Notes: generated by a model not told the origin, from the letters alone. Shown: positions 1-11,701, counted from the whole stretch's first letter. The stretch is DNA of 63,500 nt, filler included, from Hausera hauseri (GCA_046269625.1; 13 parts of 13 records of this genome joined end to end with filler, not necessarily neighbours in it), one strand, 5' to 3'. Made by a program: numbers and translations.

Positions 1-471
1 GGAAATTCGATATTATTGATGATTGCACACTTGCACACATGTTTTTGCACTGCACACCACCCATCGAGGTGCATTTCAATGTGCTCTATCTAACTGCACT
101 TGACCCCAATCAATTTCATTAATCGTACGCTGCACAATTGCAGAAGTGCGTAAAGTGGAAAAGTGCTCCTGCACACCGATCAATAATCACAGCACACTCG
201 AATTGTGCACTGATTGAAAGCATATCGTCTACTGCACACGCCCGTACATGTGCCATTTTGATATCATTGATTTAAAATTTATACGAGAAAGGCCTATGTG
301 CATTCTAGGCGGCACGGTTGCTGGGCACTTTTTGGATCGATAGTGCACAGTGTGCACTGTCGATCGGCACATGTGAAAAATCGATTTATCGATTACCCCC
401 GCCCCCTCCGTGGTGCGGCAGAACGGCCATTTTCCTCCTACTTCATATCTTTGAATCTGCTATTACTATTG

Positions 472-3400
472 CTAGAGGTGGCCTATTTTGATGTTCTTCT
501 TTTTTTTCAAATAGCTTAGACCAATTGCTTCCCTAGGTAATTTTTTGACGGTCTTCCGTACTAGGCTAGTGGCTCTGTTAAATTCGTTTTCTCTAGTCGG
601 ATTTAATTTAATGGCCAAATACACTAATACTTTTCTTATTTCTTCTATGATATTATCTACCATAATTTTCTCGACCACTGTCTTATCGGTTAAAGTGCTT
701 TTTGATATTCTAAAACGGACATTTCTCATCGTTTTGGCTGAATTATATATATAGCTTTTTTCTTTTTCATCTAGTATATCGCCACGGAGACTAGAATGAT
801 TTGCTACGCGTATTACATATTTCATGAGTTCATTTAATTCTTCATTCTCAGCACTGAATGTAGGTATGGATATCTCTCTTAATTCTCTAATCAAGTCGCC
901 ATTATAATCAATTTCTTCTCGTATTTTCCGTCTACCGATAGGACGTTTCTGCCTCACTGTAACGGATAGGGCTCCGACAGAGGGTACTAAATTTTTATCG
1001 TACTGTTCCTTGTCTTCATCTGTTTGCAAGTATTCGAAGTACATTGCTGCGTCTCGAACTCCCATAATTCGTCCTACACATTGATCAGTTTTAGCCTTTC
1101 GCGTGGCTTCTTCTTTTGTTTCCTCAGTTGTGACTACTGCCAATATAAGATTTCTTTCATGTGGGATGATCCCAACATCTGTTAGTTCTTCCAATTCGTT
1201 TAAAATTCTACCTCTAAAATAGAGTCTATAATTCAGTTCGTTACCGCCACCATTGCTTATTACCCACTGTTTTACATTTCTTACGGAGTAGCGCATAGTA
1301 AACTTACATTCTTTTACGTCCATCCATTCCGATGATATCTTTACTTTAATCACCCTTAAGAATTTAGAATATTCCCTTATTAAAAGTTTCGACACGGCAT
1401 TATAAATAGTAATTTCGCTAGATAATTTAGTCATGGTAGGAATTAACTGTCTTAACTTATTCTCGGCAATATTTACATTAATTAATTTGATTAAATCTTT
1501 TTCAGTTTGTGCCGAATCCAGAAGCATTTCCACACTGAACCTCCAATTCTGTGCGCACGTCACCGTTTCCCACAGATGTACAGGAGTTTTCAAATTCTAG
1601 GCAACTATTGCGTTTAAATACGCATCCAATTCTGGATCGTTTTCATTCCCTGGCGGTCCGTAATCAATTACTGGCGTATCCGCTGGTCAGATTGCGTTTG
1701 TATTGCGCATCATTTCTCTTAATTCGCGTAATTTTTGTTGCATTTTAATCATTTGTGTCGTTTGGAAGCAACGTCCGTCTCCAGAAGTTTGATGCAATAA
1801 TGTTAGCAACTGGCACAATTCGTCGGCCTCGATCAATACTTTTTTTGGTAATTAATTAATTCAGAGGCTACGTCTCTTTACCATCTTTGCCCAAATTGTG
1901 ATTTGTCAGCTATTTCTCTATGCGTAATAGCATAATTATTTCTATAAACTTCTGATTCTTTGGTTAATTTATCTATTGCTGCTCTTTTTTGATCAGTATG
2001 AATTTGCATTTTCCGAACATGACGTATTTGGGTCTGTAACTGTCGCATCTTTTCGTTACTAATTTCAGCCATTTCGACTAGGACCAGATTACCTATATCT
2101 TCTAAGACTTTAGAGTCCGGATCGATCTCTGCTATTAGTTTCTTTATGAAGCTTGTTTGTTCAACTGTGAGTCTGTGATCTTCCTTTATTTCAAATAATT
2201 TGGCAAGCCATTTTTGATTCGTTCCAAGTATTCAATTAGCTGGGTTTTGCATGAACTTAAACACATTTGCAATAGAGTTCTCATGATCTGTACATATCTG
2301 TAACATTTTCAGTTCTTGCGTTGTAATCTCGTTTATTTGCTTTTCCGTTAAGCGTTGAATTTCTATTAGGCGACGTCTTCTGATTCTTGGGTAGAGTTTA
2401 CATGTCAACTTCTGATTCGACTTAAAGAGCGTCATTTCTCCAGTTTTGCTCATCATTTCTAACTGTCTCAGTTCGCTGAAATGTATTCAAATATCTACTT
2501 TTGCTCTCATAGTGTCCACGTTTCGTGAAGATTCTTCCAATTGTTGCTTCACTATTGGTTCGCTTTCTGGAAACGCTTTCATACGTCTCCCATTAGTTGA
2601 CTCAGTCTCAATATTAATTCGGACCATTCCTTTAGTTGATTAGCTATTACAGGTTTATCCAGTATTGTTTTGTCTAGCGTTTTGTAAGCGTCGTTTAATT
2701 CGTCATCAGAGCCTTTTATAAAACCCGTGATCTGGTTGGCATACTTGAATTTATTTTTGTTCTTATCAAACTCCAGGATACATGCCTTAATTATATTCTT
2801 GGTTTCCTCATTATTCATGCACATAATTCTATTTTTCACACGTTAAATTTGCGACCGTTTCTCATTTACAATCTTAATACGATCCTCTAGATTCACATAT
2901 TGTTTAGATGTCATGGAAGCAATTTTTATCATCTCCATCAAAGGAGGAACTTCTACTGGGTCTATGCCAAATATTTCTAAATCAATTTCATTTCGTTCGT
3001 TAACCGATTTCTCTCCGAGTCGATCAACCATTTCAAACCTCATTCCATCCTTGATGCGCTCTAAATTTAGCGTTACTCTTTTTAGTTTGGGATTTGCTTC
3101 TAACGTGGTCAATAATGACTGGGTTTAGCCACTTTTACATCCAGATTATCCCCGTTTCTACTCCACCCTTCTGAAAACTTGACTCCACTTTTAACCCATG
3201 ATTCTAACTCGTGTTTCCATTTCGCCAACTTTTCTGTAATACGTCTTCATGTTGCTCTAAATCTACTGCTTCACTGAGTTTTCCTTGACTACATAGTTTC
3301 AAGCTTTTATATAGTCTTTCCACAGATTGCTGTTACTTTCCGGAAATGTCTACTTGTTCACTCATCTGTTTAAGTTTCTCTAGATTTTGTTGCAGTACTT

Positions 3401-4126
3401 TTGGATCAAAGAAATTAATTCTCATTTTCTTCAATTCATCAGCATTTTTCCACAAACGTCTAATTTTCCACATTTTTGATTAAACTTCTTGCTTTGTTCT
3501 GTCTCTTCTTCATTAGTAGGTAACGGACTTATATCGTTTATTTTATTTACGGATTCCGTTAATTCTTCTATTTCAACCGGTGTAACTGAATCAATTTCTG
3601 GTGTATTCAGACTGAGTTCTACGTCGCTTTCTACAACGATTTCAATCTCTTGTTTTGTCTAACTTTTCCTTAGTCATCGGAGATCGCAAATGATCCTTTC
3701 GTTTTTTCTTTAACGATGAGCTACGACCTCTATTTTTCGTAAGCTTAAGTATCAACGATTCCATAAAATTTGTTTCTTCACCAACCTCTACAGTTTTTTT
3801 CCTTTTTCGACAATGTAATCAGGTTCTGAATCTAATTTTACTTAAATCGAAGTTTTCGGTTCATTCAGTTTTTCTGGCACTTTATTAATCGCAGCAACAT
3901 TCTTTTTTCGTGCCATGTCAATGAGTTTTGGCAGGGCTATAGAGCATTCGTATTCAGTTTCTGGCTCACGAAGGCCATGATAAACTTCTAATAGTCGTAA
4001 TTTGTGCTCATACTCATTCCTAGCCATTAAGACTTTGGAGTTATTAATATCAGCTTGGCCTTTTAAAAAACGTCACAAATCTTGTATTTCGATAATCATG
4101 CTAGTATTTTTACTGGTACCGTAGAC
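472..4126 (-). pseudogene. Decayed large coiled-coil polyprotein of a Gag-type retroelement (copy 1); C-terminal 373 codons still open
   Basis: ORF pieces 3842-4027, 2843-3112, 2579-2839, 2232-2456, 1878-2072 and 472-1593 are collinear with, and clearly homologous to, the contig-2 ORFs (ARNEYEHKLRL.EVYHGLREPETEYE; TLEANPKLKR; MAEIS.EK.RQL; RLYFRGR). Several stops and frameshifts. Confidence 0.75.
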
Positions 4127-4226
4127 NNNNNNNNNNNNNNNNNNNNNNNNNNNNNNNNNNNNNNNNNNNNTTAATTAATTAANNNNNNNNNNNNNNNNNN
4201 NNNNNNNNNNNNNNNNNNNNNNNNNN
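4127..4226. other. Artificial contig-joining linker (44 N + TTAATTAATTAA + 44 N); the same linker recurs 11 more times
   Basis: Identical 100-bp linkers at 4127-4226, 8588-8687, 12797-12896, 19372-19471, 23791-23890, 28668-28767, 33982-34081, 38977-39076, 45533-45632, 49762-49861, 54745-54844 and 58824-58923. The palindromic core gives a stop codon in all six frames. Confidence 0.97.
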
Positions 4227-7200
4227 AGGTATACCAACATTAATTGGGACTAAATTTTTATCGTATTGTTCGTGATCTTCGTCTGTCTGTAAATACTGAA
4301 AAGACACTACTGCGTCTCGGACTCCTATTATTCGCCCTACTGGCTGTTCGGCCTTTGCCTTCCTTATAGCCTCTTCTTTTGTCTCATCGTTAGCGATGGT
4401 CACCACTACCCGGTTTACCTCATCCGGAATGATTCCAACCTCTATCAACAGTTCCGGCTCGTCAAGCATCCTTCCTCTAAAATATAATCTATGGTTTACC
4501 TCCTAGTTGTAACCATGATTCTTTATCCATAACAATACATCCTCCACGGATGAACGCGTAGTAAACTCTTGTTCCCTTTCATCCATCCAATCTGCCGTTA
4601 TTTTTACTTTGATTCTTTCTTCGGGTCTGGTCTTTAGAAACTTAGCATATTATTTGATTAGCAGTTTTGGCGCGGCATTGTAAACTGTCCCTTCGCCGGC
4701 TAATTTGGTTAAAGTGGGAATCCACCGTCTTAATTGTTTTTCAGTGAGGTTCACATTGATTACCCTAAATAGTTCCTTTTCAGTTTGAATCGGGTCTAAT
4801 AGCATTTCCACACAGAATTTCTGTTCTGGCGAGCATATCTCTGTTTCATTCAAATGCACAGGTGTTTTCGGATTTTCGGCCATGATGGCATCTAGATATG
4901 CTTCCCAATCCGGTTCATTCCCATTATCCGGTATTGGATAACTTCTCGGTAGTGTGTCAGTCGACTCCCTTGCACCCGTCATCTCTACGGTTGTTCTAAG
5001 TTCGCGTAGCTTCTGTTGCATTATGACCATCTGGGTGGGTCGGAAACAGCGCCCATTTCCTGAAGTTCGGCGTAGTATGGTTAGCAACTGGCATAATTCT
5101 TCGGCGAATATAAGTCCTTTTTCCTGGTAATTAGTCAACTCGGAAGTTACATCTCGTTGCCATCCTTGTACAAATCGCGACTTGTCAGCCTTCTCTGCTT
5201 CGGTAAGAGCATACTTAACTCTATACGGTTCGAGTTCTTTGGTTATGTGACGACAGTCATTGTGAGAAAATATGACTGGTGAGAAAAACATGAGAGACAT
5301 TAAATCGCTATTGAATGTAAATAATAATTTTATTATCACTGCCAATATGATGTAAATACTGCGGTATATTGTGAACATTAAATTGTTTAGTAGTCATACA
5401 TATGTTGGAAATTGGCCTATAATGCATAAAAAAGATAATTAAATGAAAAATAAGCATACGTACAGATAAGAGCATGTATATAAGCAGAGCATAAACAAGT
5501 AGAAGTCGAACCAAATTTTGCGACTTAGAATCGAAACGACTTATTCAGAACTAATTGACAGAAGACAGTTTTCCGCGACTTAGAATCGCTCAAATATTCA
5601 TCGAAACTCGATTGCTTACGTTAACATTCATTGACAATTCATTGATCACTGATTTTCCACGTGTTTGGGGTATTTGAATAAAGGTATCAGTTATTGCTGT
5701 TATTTTTTAAAATCCGTTATAGTTTTTTTTTCATCGGCTCTTAAAGCTGATTTGTACTACCCTAGGTTAAAATCTGACTAAAAGTTAAATAGATAAGACT
5801 AGAGTAATCAATCTGAGACATTTGATTCTACGGCACGCAGTACAGGCATTCAGTTTTAAATTCTTAATCCTAAGGCACAAGCAGATTACTCGAGAACGAG
5901 TAATCCTAACCTGCTCAAAGAGCGAGTCCATAAATTAGAGATAATATTGTTATAGTGGGGGACGAATAAGGGCCACCCTAACCGTAACAGTTAGTTCGTC
6001 CAATCTCATCGCTCTCTGCTTGGTTTTGATATTAGTTTTTTCCACCTGTCGTATCTGTGACAGTAGCTGTCTTAATTTCTCATCACTGATCTCTGCCATT
6101 TCCACCATCAATTGTACTAAGTCGTTCATCTCATTAATAATTTTGGAATCAGGGTCTATTTCATCCAGTAGCCTTTTTAGGAACTTGGCTTCTTCAAACT
6201 CCAGATATTGATCATTTCTTATTCTAGTTAATTCGGTATGATACCTTTGATCGGCTCCAGGCATTCCTTCCTGTGGTAGATGTAAAAATGCTACTATCTC
6301 CTTGAGGATCGACTGGTGATTAGGACAAACGTCTAATGCCTTAAGGTCACGTACGGATATTTCTCTTATGGGCTTGGTGACCAATTTTTGAATTCCTTCT
6401 AGTCGGATTTTTCTTAATTTCGAATAAAGGTCATGCATCCGATTTTGTTTTTGTGCAAAGTTTGTTTCTTCAATCGTTTCGTATATATTCTCAAGTATCA
6501 TCATTTCTTGTTTTTTGTCCATAAAATCCACTGAACGTAAGGATTCGAATTTCGTTCGGATATCAATTTCTGCTTTTATCGTATCTAAATTTTGGGCGTC
6601 TTCTTCCAACCGCCTCTTCACTCTAAATTCGCTTTGCGGAAATTCGTTCATCCGACTACTTGTTAGTTTGCTCAACCTTGTTATTACTTTCGACCACTCA
6701 TTCATTTGATTCTTGATGTCTAATTTTGCTAATATTGCTTTGTTTATCATCTTTTTGGCATCTTCTAGTTCATCATCTGGGCCTTTGAGGAAATCAAGGA
6801 TCCTACAGGCATAGTCGAACTCGTTTTTATACTCATCAAATTCGAGGATACAAGCTATAATTATTCTCTGTGTCTCATCATTATTTGGGTACATAATTCT
6901 ATTCCTTAGACTATTTATCTGCGACCGTTTTTCGGCTTCGAGTTTGATACGACTTCCCAGATTAGTATATTGCTTTGTCGCCTTAGAAGCGATTTTTATT
7001 ATTTCCATCAAGAGTAAAATATCTATGGGGTCTATACCCAGCACCTCCAAATCCGTTTCAGTCCTTTCTTTAACCGGTTTCTTTTTTAATTGCTCAACTA
7101 TCATGAATCTAATTTCGTCCATTACACGCTTTACATTTCGTACCGCTCGCTTTAATTTCGGGTTCGCTTCTAATGTTGCTAACAACGACTGAGCCTGATT

Positions 7201-8587
7201 AACTTTAATTTCCATGTCTTGTGTGGTGTTATCCCACATCTCTAAGTTTTCTGCCTCGACTTTCGTCCAGCGTTTTAATTCACTCTTCCATTGTGTTAAC
7301 GTTTCTTTTGCAACTTCATCGGTTTGATCCAAATCTATGGCTTCACTTAACTTCCCTTCGCTATACAGTTTCATCTTTTTATACAGTCTCTCGACGAACT
7401 GCTGTTCTTTGCCCGAAATATCCACCTGTTCACTTATCGCTTTTAGTTTCTCTAAGTTCTGTTGTAATACCTCTGGGTCGTGACAATTTTCCCTCATTCT
7501 TTTTAGTTCTTCGGCATTTTTCCACAAGCGCCTGATTTTCCACTTTTTAGGATCAAGTTTCTCCTTTTGTTCTGTTTCTTCCTCACTAGTAGGTATCGGG
7601 CATACATCGTTTATTTCATCTGCAAGTTTTATCAGTCCTTCTACTTCTCCGGGCGCGACTGACTTAATTTCTGGACGGTTTGAGATGCGTTCGATATCAC
7701 TTTTAGGTGCAATTTCAACCTCTTTCGTTGTGCTTGACTTGCACATGGGAGATCTTGATCTATCCTTGCGTTTTCGTTTCAGTGAGGGACTACGACCTCT
7801 GTTTCTGGTCATTTTAAGTATGAGCGGCTCTAAGAATTCTTCCTTCTCTTCGACGTCTATTTCCTCAGTTTTCTTTTCCACAGTATACTCAGGCTTTACT
7901 TCTGTAGTTGTTTTATCCAGAGTCTCAGATTTCTCCGTTTCACCTAACTCTTTGCTGATCTTAAGAAGGTTCTTCTTCCGTACCATATCAGTAAGCTTTT
8001 GCGGGGCGATAGAACGTTCATACTCTGTTTCTGGTTCGCGTAGACCGTGATAAACTTCCATAAGTCGTAATTTATGCTCGTATTCGTTTCTAGCCACTAA
8101 GACCTTGGGGTCATTGGTTTCCGGCTGGGCTTTTAAAAAACGTCGTAAATCTTGTATCTCGATAATCATACCTGTGTCTCTGCGGACGCCGTAAATTGCT
8201 TCTAAATTTTTATTTCTAATTACGTTCGTTTTACTGGGTTCTACAAACGAGACGTTTCACGGATTCGGACAGGACCTCGCTATGTGTCCTTCTTGCCCAC
8301 ATGTAAAACATACTAGATTGCCGTTTCTTCTAACTCTTTGACGACCATCTTCATTTAATGGAGATTTAGATCTGCTCGGATTTCTATTGTAATTTTGCTG
8401 TTGTGGAGCCTGTCTAGGGTCTCCATACTGACGATTATCATAATTCCGGTTATCGCTCTGTCGGTTTCCACTGTTAAAATTCCTGGGGCCGTCTATGCGT
8501 CTGTCCGCACTATAATTCGATTTATTCGAAGAGCTATTCCGGCCAAAATTCTGACTGTATCGATCGTTCCTACGATCATAATTATCG
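4227..8587 (-). pseudogene. Gag nucleocapsid (CCHC) plus large coiled-coil polyprotein (copy 2), interrupted by a solo LTR
   Basis: The minus frame from 8586 reads an N/R/D-rich region then CFTCGQEGHIARSC (CX2CX4HX4C), an in-frame TGA at 8259-8257, and the 739-aa ORF 5950-8169. Coding resumes in frame below the 5246-5989 insertion (…DELT|KELEPYR…). Further stops at 4650 and about 4503. Confidence 0.8.
5246..5989 (+). mobile_element. Solo LTR (744 bp) with 4-bp target-site duplication GTTA
   Basis: Begins TGTGACG and ends CGTAACA (imperfect inverted termini). Flanked by GTTA at 5242-5245 and 5990-5993. Removing it restores the host reading frame. Internal TATAA (~5478) and AATAAA (~5678) on the + strand. 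Confidence 0.88.
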
Positions 8588-10815
8588 NNNNNNNNNNNNN
8601 NNNNNNNNNNNNNNNNNNNNNNNNNNNNNNNTTAATTAATTAANNNNNNNNNNNNNNNNNNNNNNNNNNNNNNNNNNNNNNNNNNNNGTTCTGTGGCATC
8701 AACCTTACATCCTATATTGAAGTAACATATAAATATTTATCCTTAATCTGAAGGGAAGTCCGATGGCGGTTCGGTATTAGAAGAATATACCTGCGCATAT
8801 AATCTGCCGGGGCTCATTGAGGGACCTCATATTATAGATTATTTCTTTACAGTATTAAAGTTTGTAGTATCTGGATTTTGTCGTTGATGCAATAGGTCCA
8901 GTTCCACGATATTTTAATCAACACATCAATTCTGCCATCAATTCCCGAGATTAAGTTCTCATAATCCCTAAACTTCATTTTTCTAAACTTCATGTTCCTT
9001 TACCGTCATCGAGGTTATATAATTCAGTTTCCCAATTCTTATAAGTATAATTCTCAGTCCTTGGTTAAAATACTTCATACATACATATAAATTCATTTAA
9101 ACATAATCTACTTTCTTTAAACAAAGTATTTCATATTATAATTGAGATTGTTACTTTGAAAGAAAGGATGTTAAGATAATCTTACTCGACTAAGATACAT
9201 TTAATTCCATCAAGAAACCAAACCAATCACTATCTCGATCTTCATAGCGATATATTCAAACATTATCACTATCATCTAATATGATCTACTACTTTATCAT
9301 TTAGATTCCCAATTTTATCTAAAATTTATTTTTTATTAGGGAAAGTCTATACCTGAAGTTAGAAATAACAAACTTTCAAAAGTTATGTACCATCTGCTAG
9401 TCATTGGCATCATAGTGTAAATCCCATCGATCTGAATCTCCTATATTTCTCATAAATTACTATTGTATAACGTTTTTACTTTGGCGTGAATTCTAATGGT
9501 CTATATACTTTATTATAAGTTCTAATACCCGGAGTCTGGGTCTCGTATTATATTTACTCCTAGTTTTCATCTATCTCGACATATTCCCCTTTATAAATTG
9601 ATATAGTGCTATAGGTTGTATTTCTCCCGATAAAAGGTAATATTCTTACATCCTTTAGATTCCCTTGAACGATAGATGTGCTTCCTGATCGCTGAAACAC
9701 GCTTCTTATTATTGTCGCGTCTTTATTCTACAACATACGTTCAATACCTCCCACCAAAATGTCCAAAAGGTACCCAACAGGTATTATGCATGCTTCCACC
9801 GCCTAATCTAATATATTTGTCCCATTACTCATCGTACATTCATTCTATACTCTGGTTTATATTTGTATATAAACTTTCTATGGTTCGGTATAAAGTCGAG
9901 TAGACGTATTTCATTTAATCCAATCGTAAACATATTCAGCCTTATTTAGTTATTTTAGTTCAAAGATCAATGAATATTATACGGGTTATACGTTACGCAT
10001 CCGTCGCAATTGTTAGTAAACAATCTTTTCGCAAAACATATCATCACCTTGTGTAACATTATAGTATTATCTACATAAAGAGATGCACATACTCACTATA
10101 ATTATCATTTTCCCTATTTTATTCATCCGTCAAAATATTTCAATCTGACATACTCCACAAAACATGATAACTCATTATCTCTTATATTACTCTTCTAATC
10201 AATCATTAGAACCCCCAAAATCCCTGGGAATCATCATCATCTCCAGGGGGCACTGTCGAATATCCATAACACGAGGAATACCTGAATTATCATATAAGCA
10301 CCATCAATGTTACCTCGATCAATATCAACACATAAATCCACCATTATCACTCTTAGTACGCAGTAACTCAACTCTTACTCTGATGAATATCGGGTAGATC
10401 ATAAGGTTCAAAATTTACAACGAATGGTCGACAGATGCTGTTTCTAGCCATAAGCAGTGATCATCAAATTTATACAGATTAACGATTCTATTCAATAAAC
10501 AACAACACAGGGTATTAACACCACTATCTTCTTACTCCCACCTCCAACTATACTAACCATTTACTAGTGCCACAATTGTTTTTTTGCAATTCCACCCATC
10601 TATCGAAACTGAGAGGGTATTCGGCACACTCGTGACCTCTATGCTCATTATTAAGGAATTGTGACTCTCTAATATATTCGGTCAGTAGTTTCGGATTCTC
10701 TGCACAGTTTTTGAAGAGTCTGTCATCGGTCATGTTCGGTGCTCTGGGCATATCTGGGCTTCCATCGTAGTCTACTGACACGTAGGGTATTGTATGCATC
10801 ACGATTTCAACTGTC

Positions 10816-10954
10816 CCGACATTTTTGGTCGCTTTACAAGACGCACTGACTGACGTTGTTCTGACATTTTCGGTCACTTTACATGACGTACTGACTGACA
10901 TTGTTCCGACATTTCCGATCACTTTACACGACACACTAACTGACGTTGTTCCGA
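10816..10954. repeat. 45-bp tandem repeat, about 3 copies
   Basis: Units start at 10816, 10861 and 10906 (consensus ~CCGACATTTTCGGTCACTTTACAnGACGCACTGACTGACGTTGTT). Gives a 15-aa repeat in ORF 10548-10934. Confidence 0.9.
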
Positions 10955-11467
10955 ATCATCATCCCATCTCCGTGGATTTTTGCATTTCATATCTTTGTCT
11001 TCGTGTCCCATCTCCCAATTTATCTCCATCATTTCAAACGTGTTCTCTAGGTCTACTGTGGATCTTCTCTTTATCATCACGCAAATATTTAGTATATTAA
11101 AATTATATTTTATAACAATGTTTTACATCAATAACATAAATAACATATTAGAACAATTGTCAACTCACCATTATTCTCCTGCATTTGGTTAAAGGAATTT
11201 GCTTCGACCATTTATTGGTTTCAGATCAGTTTATTGCCTTAGTCGTCAAAGATAGATTCAATTTGGAACTTACTATGATTTTTTTAGCTCTGATAGACGA
11301 ATACACCGTTTCTTTAAATGATTATCCGTACGAATCTCTGTTACCTTAGTATTTCTTAATTTTTATATTTCGGTTAGAAAATACGAGAAACTTACAAGTT
11401 CTCCTAGAAAATTTTCGTATGATACTCGTTAAATTTTTTTGTGTGTCTTTGTACGAATGCTTTCACC

Positions 11468-11475
11468 TATTTATA
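11468..11475 (-). promoter_or_regulatory. Candidate TATA box (TATAAATA) downstream of the CRE repeat array
   Basis: Minus-strand TATAAATA about 70 bp from the nearest CRE. Followed on the same strand by an ATG at 11211 and a GTGAGT donor at 11168-11163. Confidence 0.4.
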
Positions 11476-11541
11476 CCTATGGGTTTGATTGTTTATGAAT
11501 TCTTATTTTCGAATTCATGCGAATGATTTTTAAATTCGTGC

Positions 11542-11701
11542 GAATGACGTCAATCTGAGGATTTTGAATTAAGTTCATACGAATGACGTCAATCCGACGA
11601 TTTTTTGAATCAAGTTCATGTGAATGACGTCAATCCGACGATTTTTGAATTAAGTTCATGTGAATGACGTCAATCTAACGATTTTGAATTAAGTTCATAC
11701 G
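11542..11701. repeat. 39-41-bp tandem repeat x4, each unit carrying a perfect TGACGTCA (CRE/ATF palindrome)
   Basis: Units start at 11542, 11581, 11622 and 11662. TGACGTCA at 11545, 11584, 11625 and 11665. Confidence 0.9.

Noticed and set aside
436-500. Alternative-frame LAIVIADS resembling an SGNH/GDSL hydrolase block I after the poly-A run
   Set aside because: Only a few residues followed by a stop; insufficient evidence.
1849-1861. TAATTAATTAATT resembling the contig linker
   Set aside because: No flanking Ns, and it aligns with coding sequence in the paralogue (~5128-5140), so it is natural sequence.
5308-5514. Hydrophobic small ORF / N-terminal 'signal peptide' of ORF 4650-5378
   Set aside because: Lies within the solo LTR; a chance AT-rich frame.
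6020-8050. Numerous plus-strand ORFs antisense to long ORFs (also at 545-754, 14171-14848, 59625-60738 and elsewhere)
   Set aside because: Shadow frames of real coding sequence with no independent motifs.
8688-10500. Possible RIP-like C>T hypermutation (stops at Gln/Arg-like positions)
   Set aside because: Stop density cannot be distinguished by eye from AT-rich non-coding DNA, there is no reference copy to polarise changes, and the host is an animal.
11542-11701. CRISPR-like appearance of the ~40-bp repeat (also 10816-10954)
   Set aside because: Units are contiguous with no unique spacers, there are no cas genes, and the context is eukaryotic.
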